Positions 13,721-26,256 of a DNA stretch of 64,000 nt are shown in pieces. The stretch's first letter is position 1, and each line of letters starts with the position of its first letter. Below the pieces are notes generated by a model. It was not told the origin of the DNA. It saw only the letters and a program-made list of their open reading frames with translations, and searched no databases. This stretch comes from Paecilomyces variotii (taxonomy: Eukaryota). Location: the NCBI GenBank assembly GCA_004022145.1, contig RCNU01000002.1; one strand, 5' to 3'. The translations under genes and the position numbers were made by a program.

Positions 13721-13827
13721 CGAGGCTTCCCGTTTTCCTATTCTGCTTGTCACCCAAGTCCTGAAGTATATATTTTCACTTGAAGTGCTCGCGAATCAAG
13801 ATCGGTAAGGTGCGTCTCCGCATAATA

Positions 13828-13987
13828 CTGCAGTAGTGCTTACCGGCCATATTATATGCATAATCTGACTGTACTGTATTGAAGAGGGTAGCGGCAGAAG
13901 TTCGTGAGTTGTCTGCAGTAGTGCTTACGGGCCGTATTCTATGCATGAACTGACTATACTGTACTGAAGAAGGTAGTGGCAGAAGTT
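13828..13987 (+). repeat. Diverged tandem duplication, ~75 bp copies at 85 bp period
   Basis: ctgcagtagtgcttac...ggcagaagtt at 13828-13902 and 13913-13987. Confidence 0.9.
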
Positions 13988-14725
13988 GGTAGGTTGCTTG
14001 ATCTTATCAATTGTAGTCTGCTGTAGTTACTGATACTCATTTTGGGCACTATGCATATTCACACAGCTGCCATCCTTGTATTATTAGATTCTATCCTATT
14101 GGGATATGATCCTCTCATATATCCACCGAGGCCGTAGTTAGGCCGATCAATGTCAGATGCATTAATTTATTATATAATCACGGTTTGGGCGCCTGATTCA
14201 ATCAGATAGCCCTTTAGGAAGTCTTGATTGTATGAAACTAGTCTCCGCCCCCACTGGAAGTCTGAACATGAGGGGTGAACCGGGGTTCTTGCTGGTCTGG
14301 TTAAATATGTTTCCTGTGTGGTTACACGAAACCGACTGCACACGATAATGAAACTAGGATTCCCCGCGGTGCTGATTGGTGGGATCCTTTTTTATGTATA
14401 GTTCTCTTACCTACATGCTTCGTACTCCCTCATGGGATGAAGCATCCCAGCTCGATGATGTGCTGTGCTCATAGTAATCACCAGGATCTAACTGCACCAC
14501 TTGAAACAGTAGCGCAAGAGGAACCAGGAATAGAATCGGAAGTAAAAGCAGTGAGAGAGGATGCAACGCGACGATCGAGCTCGAAGGGACGGAAAGTTGC
14601 TCTTCATCAAGCACAGTCCCGAGATAATGTCTTCTGAAATATCAGCCTTCAGTCATTGAGCATCTCGTGTCACTTAGCTTCCCTCGTTTATTGTCTCTTG
14701 TGGAACGTCCTATCCTCTACCCATA

Positions 14726-16236
14726 ATGTCGGGTTCGTCACCTCCTGATATTAATTCCTGCGAGGTCCCAGCACTCCAGCCTCCTCCTGGACAGGTATCG
14801 AACTTTGTCAACCCGGTCAACCTGGTGCCGCTTACATGGTCCATAAGTCTCGTCTTAACAATATTTGCAGTTAGCTTGGTGATTCTAAGGTTGTTCATGA
14901 ATATGCGGAAGCTCGATGCGGCCGATTGTAAGCTACTTTTTTTCGCCAAAGAAGGGCAGAACTGACACGGAGACAGACTTTATGGCCGTGGGGGGCATGT
15001 TTTCCATCGCCTACACCGGAATTGTGATGTCTCGTATGTAATAGAAGTCCAACAAGAAAAGTCATATTGCTGTTGAGGCGCTTTTGCTTATTATTCTGCT
15101 GCTGCAGTGCATCGCTACAACCGACACCAGTGGGACGTCCCAGCCTGCTGGGTGAATGCGCGTTATCTAAGGGTAGGTCTTTTGAAGCATCTTCAAAATA
15201 AAATGACAGGCTAAACTAATACTGGTAGCTTATATGCGCTGGTGATACTGTAACCGGAGCCGTCAACTTTTTTCCCAAGTGCTCGATCCTCCTCATGTAC
15301 CGTCGGCTTTTCCCCAATAAGTCGATGAGAATAGGCACTTGGATCGGTTTCGTGTCCGCGTTTTGCATCTATTTTTCGACGATCCCAGTTTTGGCTGTTT
15401 ATGAGGTCCCAAGATCCGGTCATACCTGGGATCAATTTCTGAATAACCTCGTGACTTCGGAGGGTCATGCTATGTTATATTTGAGTATTGTCCAGGGATC
15501 CTGCTCAGTCGTGCTGGACTTGTATATCTTCCTTCTACCACCGCCGACGTTGTTTAAGTTAAAGTTGCCTTTGCGGAAAAGGCTTCAGCTTCTTGCACTA
15601 TTCGCTACTGCTCTGCTGTGAGTTACTCGGATGAATCTGTGGATAGTGTCATGTTTGGCTAACCTGGAATGTGCAATAGGGGTGTCATAGCTAGTGCTAT
15701 ATCTTTAGTCTTCCGTTGTGAGCCCCTTCACAGTTCAGATAGTACCTGGAACGACGCTCAATTAGCTATTTGCATGTACGGTCCTCCTTTTGCCCCCTGC
15801 TCGAGATTCACGATTAGCTATAACTAACTCCAAATGAATTGGAAGCGTCTTCGAAACCAATGTCGCCATCGCAGTGGGCAGCATGCCCATTATTGCAAAG
15901 TTCGTGAGATCCTCCCACATTGTAGACTCATTCCGAAGGCTCCGATCAAAGCTCCTGGGCAGCTCGTGCAAAGATCGATCCTATCCGATCAGCCCGAGTG
16001 TCCCTGGGCCGTTCAATCCAAAAAACACACGCAGGAAGCCTCTACAGCTAAATCACTACGACGAGTTCACAGATACTATGTTGTTGGTGCGGACGCAGGT
16101 GACGGCTGCAGACGAGGAGAATCCTCCTGTAAGGGAGGCGATAAACACGAATAGGGAAGGTATTATTCAGACTGTAGACATTACTCAACAATCGCAGCTC
16201 AGAAATCAGTCACTCTCTCAGGAACAGCGTCCGTGA
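14726..16236 (+). CDS. PTH11-like integral membrane protein (fungal rhodopsin-domain GPCR-like), multi-exon
   Basis: PPPGQVSNFVNP N-terminus, RHQWDVP, KCSILLMYRRLF, DLYIFLLP, ETNVAIAVGSMP motifs joined by GT-AG introns. Confidence 0.85.
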
Positions 16237-16840
16237 TAGGGATTGGTAATTCAGAAAAATGTCTCTTACGTGATCATGAATTGGGACCGGGGTTTTCAGT
16301 ACCTGTAGGATAATATTACGCGAATCGATGCATTATACATGTAAAAAACGAATAAAACAATTAAAAAAAAGATGCGAACAGATGTATAGCTTTGGTATGT
16401 AGTATGGGACTAGAAAGAGTAATTTGCAGCGTTACCATACAAAATGGGTTCCAAAATTAGTACTGTATCCAATCAGAATATAAGCACTATTTAGTTGTAC
16501 GTACTCTGAAATGGTCTTAATATGAGACGCTTATGTTTAGCGGAGGCCCTCTCTATCAAATCCCCTCGCTTGTGTAGCACTGCCAGCGCCACAAATACAC
16601 ACGGCCAAACAGAAGTAATAGATACCTACCTTTCTGGCGGAAGAGGCAAGGCAGATTAGGAAAGTGGAATCATTAGTCATGGTCTATGTGATAACTATTG
16701 GGGGCCGCTGTATTTCCAGCTCCAAGGAGAGTCGCAATGGCATTATTAAACGCTGGATGAATTCTCTCCTCTTGACCAGCTTCTTACGCTCCCACCTACT
16801 TTCTGCACTACACCAGTCAACTCTCGAGGACAGGACTATC

Positions 16841-18516
16841 ATGGGCTCTCCTGGGAGTCTCTGCGTAAGTAAAACAGTCATCCATTTGACTTGGGTGGCC
16901 TGAAACCCCTCACTCAACCAGCAATCCCAGAACCCTGCAGCTTATCTTCAAGGCATGTGTCTGACCAGCTCGTCCAGTGTGTTGCCCTCACAGCTCTGCT
17001 GGGCCAGCAGAAAGTTGCTGTTCCCGGAAGCCCTGCTTATACGGAATCACTGGGTTCCTACTTCTCGCAGCAGGAGGCTGCCGTACAGCCTGCGTGCATT
17101 GTTCTCCCAGAGTCAGCCTCAGACGTCTCGCAGACGGTCGTAGCTCTCCAGCATGAGCGTTGTCCCTTCGCGGTTCGCTCGTGCGGCCACACTGCCTGGG
17201 CAGGTGCAGCCAACATTGCAGACGGCGTCGTGATTGATCTCCGTCGTCTAGATGCCATCGAACTCTCCGCGGATCAGTCGACCGTCTCGGTCGGCGTTGG
17301 TGCTTCCTGGGATATGGTGTACGCCAGGCTCGACCCTCTCGGGCTGAGTGTGAACGGCGGTAGAGCCGCTGGAGTAGGTGAGTTGGTGCAGGACAGGATG
17401 CATGTTATACCCTTTAACTCTCGCTAATGAAATCCTGAAAAAGGAGTTGGTGGCCTCTGCCTGGGCGGTGGCATCTCCTACTTTTCACCGCGTTATGGCT
17501 GGACCTGCGACACGGTCACCAACTACCAGATTGTCCTCGCGGATGGCGCTATTGTCAACGCCAACACTAAGTCTAACCCCGACTTATTCCAGGCCCTGAA
17601 AGGTGGAAACAACAACTTTGGCGTCGTCACCCAGGTTGAATTGACCACCTTCGAGCAAGGGAACGTATGGGCCGCCACCGTCTACAACGACCTCAGCCTC
17701 GTCGACGAGGTCATAGCCGAGTTCGTCAAGCTCAACTCGCCCACGGCATACGACGAGTATGCCTCTCTGATCACGGCGTTCGGCTACTCCCAGGCACGGG
17801 ACTTGGCGGTTATCTCCAGCAATCTCGAGTACACCAAGCCCATTGAGAATCCGCCAGTATATGAGGCCTATCTGGCTCTGCCCAGTCTGATGAGCAAGTC
17901 TGAGATCACGAACTTGACGAACCTTTCCTTCGCGACCCAGGCCCTGCAGCCAAACGGAGCAAGGTGAGTTCCCCTTTATGACTTCTCGAACAAATTGAAA
18001 TGCGATCGAGGTGATGGAGAACTGACTCACAACAGATCGTTTTCCCTCGTCACCACCCTCGTCTCCTCTGCACCAGTCATCAAAGCTGCGTACGAAGCAT
18101 GGAAGGCTAGTCTCCCCGCTGTTAAAGATATCCCCAATATTGTCTACGCGCTCGCACTCGAACCGCTGCCACCAATCTTCTACTCCCGGCACGCCAGCAC
18201 CAACGCTCTGGGCCTAGAAGACCGGACCGCCTCGCTCATCGTCGTGCTCATTTCAGTGACCTGGTTTACATCAGAGCACGATTTACTCGTGAGCGAGACG
18301 TCGCAGTCGCTGCTGGACGAGATCAATGCTGCCGCCGCGAAACTGGGTGGCTTGGACCCCTATATCTATCTGAACTACGCGGGGCAGGACCAGGATCCTA
18401 TTGCGAGTTATGGCGCAAAGAGTGTTAGTCAGTTGCAGCAGGTGAGGGCGAGGGTAGACCCGAACAAGGTCTTTACTGATCAAGTCCCTGGAGGGTATAA
18501 GATCCCTTCGTCGTAG
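16841..18516 (+). CDS. FAD-binding oxidoreductase (berberine-bridge/6-hydroxy-D-nicotine oxidase-like)
   Basis: Exon1 MGSPGSLC, intron 16865-16977; PACIVLP, FAVRSCGH, GVGGLCLGGG, DLFQALKGGNNNFGVVT, YLNYA, VDP..VF. Confidence 0.88.
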
Positions 18517-18671
18517 AGTAAGTACTGTGACCAGAGAGTATTATTTGAATATATTTGTAGTACTTGAATAATAGAAGCCTATCAGTTTGATGCAGGTCAT
18601 GGATTCTTCTTACCATACCTCCATACTCTTTGTATATTTAGTAAGGTTCTAAGACGGTAGGTATACACTAT

Positions 18672-19820
18672 CTACTCCCAGTTCACAAGCATCGTCTCCT
18701 CACTCTTCAACCCCGTGTACCTCACGCTGTCCCGCCATAGCATCGACCTCTTCTTCTCATCCTTTGCTTCAGGACTAATTTCTGCCCGCTCAGACCCGTC
18801 CAGATATAGACCCTGGGGCCGTTCCCCAAGCACGGGGCTGCTATCTAGGGCTGCCGCTAGCACGTCCCCAGCGGATTTATGGGCCGTGCGTATGTCGTTG
18901 TTGCCGGTGGGATTGCGCCACGCCTGCAGGGCAGCGATGAGGGGGAAAATGACCTTGAACATGAGCACACGGATGACGAAGGGGCTGCGGCGGGCGATGT
19001 TGGTGGGGACCGTGCCTGGGTCAACGCCGAGGATGGAGACGTTGGAGAGAACGGGATCGATGGAGAGACGGCGTTGGAGTTCCCCGCTGCGTTGAGCGTT
19101 AATTGGGGAAAATAAAAAATACTTAGTGAGAGAAAGAAAGGGAAGTTTGTACATCATCATGATAGCACAGAGTTTACTGGCTCCATATCGTCGCATTCCA
19201 CTCATCCACGAAGGGTCTTCTTCAAATGTACTCCAAGTCCCTTTCGCAATCGGGTCAGTGCTGTCGTGGAGGATGGTCTTCCATTTTTCGTCGTTGAATA
19301 TACGAGCGTTCTCCTTGAAGGAAGTGCTAGGACTGTAAGCATGGCATACTACGGTATAAGAAGAAAGAGTCTCTCACTCATGGGCCCTGCTTCCAAGCAC
19401 CACGATCCTCCCATTCTCGCGATCCATACTCTGCAGCAGCAAGAGAGTCAATAGCCAGTTGCCTAGATAGTTCACCGCAAACACGGTCGCGAAGCCATCG
19501 TCTGTGAAGCGCTGGGCGTCCATCTCGTGGTACCCAGCATTCAAGATGAGGGCGCGAATGGGCGGGATCTCGCCCGCTGTGACGCGCGCATTGATAGTAG
19601 CTGCCGCTGCGCGGACGCTGGCGAGATTCGAGAGGTCGAGGGATAGTGCTTCGTAGGCGTGCGCGGTGTTGGAGACCTGATGAGCGAGATGTGTGGATGA
19701 GGTATCGCGGACGGTGTAGATGCCATAGTATGAGGAGAGCTCGGGCGAGGCGAGGATGCGCGAGACAATAGCGCTGCCAATGCCGCCGTTGGCGCCTGTG
19801 AGGACAATAGTGCCTTTCAT
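18672..19820 (-). CDS. Short-chain dehydrogenase/reductase
   Basis: TGANGGIG Rossmann motif, LILNAG, VNYLG, YGASK catalytic motif; two introns. Confidence 0.9.
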
Positions 19821-20543
19821 CCTATCGTGCTTGTGTGGAAAATTGAAGAAAAAAAGTAAGAAGAGGTATTACTCTCCAGCTGAAAATGAAGTGTTATCTG
19901 GCCACATCATACAACTGTGATCAGGCATTCTAGTGGTATAATACTAACAGTAGTTCTGTCAGCGCCAGAAAAGCTTATCCTACCTGCATGGGGAACCTAT
20001 TATATCGGTAGATCATGAAGTCTAGTAGATCACTAAGATCTGTCCAATAGATTTTACTAATAAAGATAAATTGCACTATCTATATTACTTAACTTGGCCT
20101 TGAAATCAATACTAGTTAATTGGTAAACTCAATAACTGGCCGTCTGGCTAAAAATAGCATGCATCTATGGAGCCATCTACATCTCTATTAACGCCTAATG
20201 CATTCCTATTCAGGCTTACTGCATGTTGTTTTCTGTTCATACAAGTCAATGCCTGTCCCGCACTGGATCATCGTTTTAGGCGCGGTAAGTTATTACTGCT
20301 GAAAATATATACTTGCTGTGGTCAAATACAACATTGCGCGCAGGAGTCACCGCGAGGGACAAATCCCTCTCAGATACCCAGCGCCTGTGCCGTTCCTGTA
20401 TATTATTGTCTACAGATCTCCCGATAAGTGCTGATATATCCCCAGCGACACTTGGAAACTCGTCTCGAGTTACCACTCAATTGCATCGATAGAGAAGGTC
20501 ATTATGCAAAATAGGGGGGGGAATTATCGACACAGAGAACAGT

Positions 20544-21484
20544 TTAAAGTTTAGCCTTCCCTTGACTCTTCTCCCACTTTTGTACAGCCGCTTTAGCCTT
20601 CTCAGCCTGCGCCGTCTTCTGCTCTTCAACATTGTCCCTCCACTTCAGATTTGCTTGGTGGCTATCCAAGATTGCCAAACTCTCTCTGTACATCTCCTCC
20701 TTCATCGAACCCCAGATACCGGAATTGGGCTTCAAGACCAACTTGCGATCTTTAATAAACTTAAGAGTCTCCTCTAGGCCTCCCACGACATCGACAATGC
20801 CCGCCTGGAGGGCCTCAGGTCCGGGAAACCGCTTTCCTTCCAGGACAAGCGTGCGGAATGTCGTGGGTGATATCTTTTCACGGAATATGCTCATCATAGG
20901 AGCTTGCAGCGTCACACCGAATTCGATCTCGTTAAGACAGACGAAGCCGCGGGATGGGTTCTGAACACGGTAGTCGTGGAACATAGCCAACATCAGACCT
21001 CCCGCGAAGGCGTGTCCGTTTATAAGAGCAATTGTGGGCATGGGGTAGCTAATAGACATGTTAGAAATTGTCTTCCCCAGGTCTAGTCTGGCCCAGTCTT
21101 AAACAAATATAAAAGGCATGACTTGCGAATAGCTCATACCAAAGGGACAACTCACGTCAAAAGCCGCCTAAATAGCTTCCACAGGTACCCATCCAGAAAG
21201 TCCGGCTGGGACGCAATGGCCGCCAAATCCAACCCATTGCTGAAGAACTTGCCTATTCCACTCGTCGTAATGACAACCCCCTTAGGATATCGGTGTTCGA
21301 TAATGTCCAACGCAAGGAGAAAAGCCTCGATGAAATCCGTCGTCAGTCGGTTATCCGGAGGAGAGACAAATGTGAGGAGGTAGATATTTTTCTCTGTCTC
21401 CCCGCCTTCCTTGGGAGATGGAGGGTTGCTGCAAACGAATGAGCCCCCGGTGGAGGTGATCGGAAGAGTGAAAAGCGTTGTCAT
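20544..21484 (-). CDS. Enoyl-CoA hydratase/isomerase (crotonase; delta3,delta2-enoyl-CoA isomerase-like), probably peroxisomal
   Basis: DNRLT, KFFSNGLDL, PMPTIALINGHAFAGG, CLNEIEFG; C-terminal AKL PTS1; one intron. Confidence 0.9.
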
Positions 21485-23254
21485 TTTGCAGGGAGATTTC
21501 TGCTCCGCCTCGGTTGTAGTGCTCACTGTGAACCGCAGAGTCTGATGCACACGTCTCTTTTATTCAGGTTCGACGATCTTAGATCCTTCAGAAGATCAAG
21601 ACTTGACCCTACTGCCCTCCCTCTCAGTCGTCTAGCTGGGATTTGTGAAACTGATTTATTTCAAGGTTGAAGGTCGAATGTCTAGTTATATGACGATAAG
21701 ATACATACGGTTTGTACCTCGGTTTGATTATTCTACCTAGGCACGTGTTCATGTGAAATAGCCGAGCAACGCGCCTGTGAGATGTATCATTTGAGTGGTA
21801 ATAATAAATGTCTGGTGCAATTCAACATCGAAGAGAACTGAAATAAATAATCAAAACGACCGTGCGGTTGTTGCGGCCATGGTCATAAGTATTCGAGTAG
21901 AAAGGCCCGAGGTAATCTTGGATAATCACCACGCGCTCGTACCTAGCACCTAAATGTATGTTGCATTATTCGGGCTAGTCACGAGCAACTAGGCTTAGAC
22001 TCTGATCGAAGGCTGTTGCTTATTATTCGTGAATTTGAGAATCAGAACTGATCAATCACACATGGTTGAGCTTCATGCACGTAATAAACACTTTGGTCTG
22101 CAACCGAGCGGCACGCCGAAGCTTAGCCGAGATACATCAAGCTCACGGACGATTGCATTTCCTCAACGTGCTCCTGGGCAGATTCAATTCGTGAGTTAAC
22201 TTTTCGAGCATATAACTGTATGTGTATGGGCATGGGCTGATTTAGGAAGATTTTAGCTGGCTGGTTCTGCGCGTCAACCGTGTAGAAGTAGTCGTACTTT
22301 TGTATATCGAAAAATGTCGGCTTCTGAGATATTACATCAACCCAGGCCGATTTGAAACATGCTGGTGCCTAACTGCTTTGTCGCAATGTAGGCTGCAGTC
22401 CGCCGCGATTACCTTGCTGAGTATAAGATAATCAATACCAGCCACTTGATTACACCCAACATAGATCAACAGAGACAATCCGCATTAGGGAAACGCACTA
22501 ATAGTGGCGGAGTATATCTTTAAGGCATAAATAGTCATATTTCGGTGGCTCCCAACAGTAAAGCAGTCAAGATTATTTTCCTGGACTAGATGTTCAGATT
22601 CTATACTGGCTTCTGATTCTTGGACTCAAAAAAAAAAAATCAGCTGATGATACAACACCGGGGGATATTACTATATTGCTCTTTTTGCAGTGCTATTGAG
22701 ATTATATTGGCACATAAAGCACGCCCGCATGATGACCTGTCACGTCAGCATATGCAGTACGCTAGACATCTATTCTACCCAACATAAACCTTGAGACATG
22801 AATAGCCACGGAGAAATTCCTAATTCTGCTTTATGCAATGTGGCACAGTCTTCCGTCCTATAGTATAGGTTTTGAGCACTGCAGCCTAGTCACTAACCTT
22901 ACACCCTCGCATAGCACGTCCTGCCTGTTTCTGCGATATTACCCAATCCACATATATTACTGGTCAAGCACATGGTGTACTCGAGCATTTCAGTTTCCCT
23001 ACATCAGCTAATCTCTCTCACAGAGATGATTCATTTGGATTCGCAGCACGTCGGAAGTAGGACCCTGCATATATTTCCTGTACAGTTATTGCCCACCCCG
23101 GCACGAGCAATATAAGAAGATACCTGACAGGCTATTGATGCCACTCCTTTTCTTTATCCCTGTTATCGTTATCTATTGCGCTGTCCTGTATGCACGCATG
23201 GTCTTCTGACAGCCCCGCAAAGTGCACTTCAGTCAAATATAAGAATGGATCTCA

Positions 23255-23340
23255 TCAGTGGCATAGGGTAGACTATTGACTCCCTTTAAATTTATTTGGA
23301 ATTGATCCATTTCCCCTTTGCCGCATTTATGGTCTATTGT
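23255..23340 (-). repeat. Diverged inverted copy of 29075-29160
   Basis: Reverse complement acaatagaccataaatgcggcaaaggggaaatggatcaattccaaataaatttaaagggagtcaatagtctaccctatgcca aligns with acaatacactgtaaatgcgaaaagggggaaattaatcaaatccagacaaatgtgaagagagtcaataatctacctaccctacgcca. Confidence 0.75.
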
Positions 23341-23507
23341 CACGCTTCTTCGCCAAAACAAGCAAGCTCTACGGACTCTTTTGTAGGGTATACAACGACA
23401 CCAAACAATTATCTGATTTGGTTGCATATAAATATCCAGAAGCTTTCCAAAGATCTTTGCACACTTTATTTGTATTGAGTACATTACTGAGCTGACATAA
23501 ATTAACA

Positions 23508-24337
23508 ATGTCACCCCATTCGGAGAATAATTCCTCGGTCGCTGAGAGAGGTAAGTCCTCTACATGGATATGATTTTTCACTTCTTACCAATAAACACTA
23601 TCTACTAGATAAATGGCTCGGTCAAGAGATCTTTCGTTTTTCGCTCGCGAAAGAGTTCGTCCAATATTTACCTGCGAAAGTCCCCTCCAATGAATACGAT
23701 GTCAGTCGTGCCTCATCTCAAACTCCTTTTCTCGTACAACGAAGCTGACAGAAATCGCTGAATGAAGAACCTATTCGCGAAATGTTTGGAATGCTACCAA
23801 TACCGATCCGCGTGCGAAGACCCGGACATTTGCGGTGAATCTTTTCCAAGCGGCTATCGTGCTGAGGAGAGAGAATATCAAGATATCTTGTTCAGTTATA
23901 TTGGATCTATCGGCAGTACAGAACCGGATGTACTTGCGCGTCTGCACAAATATATTCCATTTGCCCACGACTGGAAAGCTTCAAAGAGCGATCAAGGCCC
24001 GGGGGGTAAAGTACCGTCAAGGCCCGTCGAAAGAACGCTTACTCAATTGCCCACTACACGACGACTCTGGGGGGAATCTGGCCAAGATGTGACGGACTCG
24101 AGAGATAGGCAGCTTGATAGAATTGCAAGATACACTTCACTGCTGTACGAGCAGGGACAGATGATATGTGCGATGCCCGAGTATGAGGAACAAGGACAAT
24201 TTTCTAGTACCGGCCTACCTTGGTTCTCTGCTACAGTCAGGTTTCGAGGAGTTGAAGGTCATGGCTCCGGGCCTAACAAGAAGATAGCAAGGCACGCTGC
24301 GTCCAAGGATGCTTGCGACAAACTAGGTATTTCTTGA
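23508..24337 (+). CDS. Small (~234 aa) protein with degenerate RNase III-like N-terminus and C-terminal dsRNA-binding domain
   Basis: Proposed exons 23508-23550, 23609-23700, 23768-24337; ERDKWLGQEIFRFSLAK and YQDILFSYIGSI resemble RNase III motifs; FSATVRFRGVEGHGSGPNKKIARHAASKDACDKL is a typical dsRBD. Confidence 0.65.
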
Positions 24338-24353
24338 GCGTATCGGCCGTCTC

Positions 24354-24510
24354 TGTTCAGAGGGACAGGATTTTCATGCAGTAAATATCTATTTGCATTA
24401 GTCTCCTAAAATGTGAAGAAAATGCGCGTCTTTATTCTGAGAATAAAAAAAATACTTTGTTTATTTTTGGAGCTCCCACACTCCTAGTACTAGCTTAGTC
24501 ATCCAGATAG
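24354..24510 (+). repeat. Repeat A, copy 1 (left end of putative cassette 1)
   Basis: ggacagga...ttagtctcctaaaatgt...ctttat...gctccca.ctcctagta...ctagctt.gtc.tccagatag aligns with 26254-26436. Confidence 0.8.
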
Positions 24511-24782
24511 GTGTCAACTTAAAATATCGACCACTGGACGACGGCGAGCTGGGGAGAGCTAGAGCGGGCACCCCCCTGAGCACCGTATCAGGATCTGAAC
24601 CAAGCATCTTCAGCAGCAGCTCCAAGAGATTATGAGCTCGTCTCAACCTCATCCTCATTAAATAGCCACTGAACAGCGTATCTTGAAGGAGATACAGCGA
24701 GTTATACACCCTATCTAGCTGACCGAAGAGCTCGTCAATCCGCAAAGCCCTGGTCGCGAGGAGCAATATCAATATTGAAATC

Positions 24783-25620
24783 ATGTTAACAATAAAAAAG
24801 GAGGAGTCGCAGGAGCCGCAGGAGCTGCAGAAGCTACGTCCTTATCACCAAGGATCAAACCTACCAGAGAACATTCCGCTCCAGATGCCAGAAATGGAAA
24901 TGAAACTTAAAGATGCTTCCGAATTCGACGTTTGGTTTTACTTGGTTGAATCAGCACTTGAAGCGATCGATATGATCGACCTAATCAACCCAGCGATTCC
25001 TAGACCTGCAGAGGAGGATCCTGACTACGAAAAGTGGAGGAAGATGAGCCTACGAGTCGAGTGGTGGCTCACGAGCCATCTGGACTCGAGCTTCGTTAAA
25101 GAGCTTATACTATTACCGGAAAGGCCGACGTACGCTGATGAGCTCATTACCGCCATACGGAAGATTTCAGGATATCATCCTTCCTGCTTAGGAAAACAGT
25201 GGCTGTTACTGTCACAGACCACCCGTTCACAATTTGGAAGCCTAGAACAGTTCGTCAGCACCTATCGGAGCCGCTATATGAAGGCATACGAAATAGGACT
25301 CGGTTTAATTCCTTTCGCCGCTACGTGGACCCTCCTTCACAACATTGAGGCTGAGCTACCCTACTGGACGATGATCAAACGAATCCACTACTTTGAAACC
25401 GATCCGATCAATGTGACAATGCAAGAGTTCAAGCAAGTCTGCCTAGAAGCTATTGAGATGGACCGCTTCTATGAGCATACCGGAAGAAAAGATATGCGGC
25501 AAACCGCCGCCCAAAGAAAAAGACACCTATGAGTACGCCAAGGAACTCTGCAAAAGAGATCTACGTATAACGGGAAGTACGGCCACTGCGGTAAACCGGT
25601 CCACCTAATTGCTATTGTCT
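24783..25620 (+). mobile_element. Isolated Ty1/copia-type gag-like ORF (24783-25532) with a decayed zinc-knuckle remnant after the stop; no pol
   Basis: KLKDASEFDVW...LIN..IPRP..EDPDYEKW...V.WWL pattern typical of fungal copia Gag; YGHCGKPVH at ~25578-25607. Confidence 0.6.
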
Positions 25621-25862
25621 ACCGAAGGAGATACAAGAGGGTTGGAAAGCGTATAAAGGCACATGGCACTTGCCTAACCAACACGAGAGTTATTTTCGGT
25701 ATCAGGATTGTAAGAACCATATTCGAAAATTAGTTCCTATCTATTCAAATTGGCCTTTGTACATGATAACGTCCAAGCACAGTGTGCGGCAGTCTAGCTG
25801 CAACGGATTCCTGTTACCTGAAACGATCAATATACAGCTTGATGGTCAGAAAGTATTTTGAC

Positions 25863-26256
25863 TCAAACAGGACGTCCCGGATGAGGGTTACCATCTAAAA
25901 CAGTGGCAGACATCCTGTTCATATCCTTTCTGCGTCCTGGGATATAGAGATGAGTAGAACGAGGTAGCTCTTTCCAAAAGAGTTAAAGCAATCTAGTGAT
26001 ACTTTCTCGCATTCGACAGTACTCAGCGGATCTCGAGCTGTATCTTAAGCTGGAGCTTTCGCGTCAGAGTATAGACGACGTTGCAGATAAGGAAATCCTT
26101 ATTAGTAGAAGATAGGACACCTAGGCCAGTGGAAATTCTAATCGGTAGCGGCATATTATTGTCTAATCTGCAGTAGTATTCTGTTCCCTCAACTCTGGTC
26201 TCGTATATAAGATCAGACTAATAAATGACCTTTGGCTCTGCAGCTTGCTGATTTGT
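25863..26256 (+). repeat. Repeat B, copy 1 (right end of putative cassette 1)
   Basis: tcaaacaggacgtcccggatg...ccatctaaaacagtggcagaca...tgcgtcctgggatatagaga...taaagcaatctagtg...gatctcgag...gatcagactaat...gcagcttgctga; matches 30173-30421. Confidence 0.88.

Noticed and set aside
21500-23200. Long ORF-free interval as possible ncRNA or element end
   Set aside because: No tRNA/rRNA structure, repeats or terminal motifs could be identified by eye.
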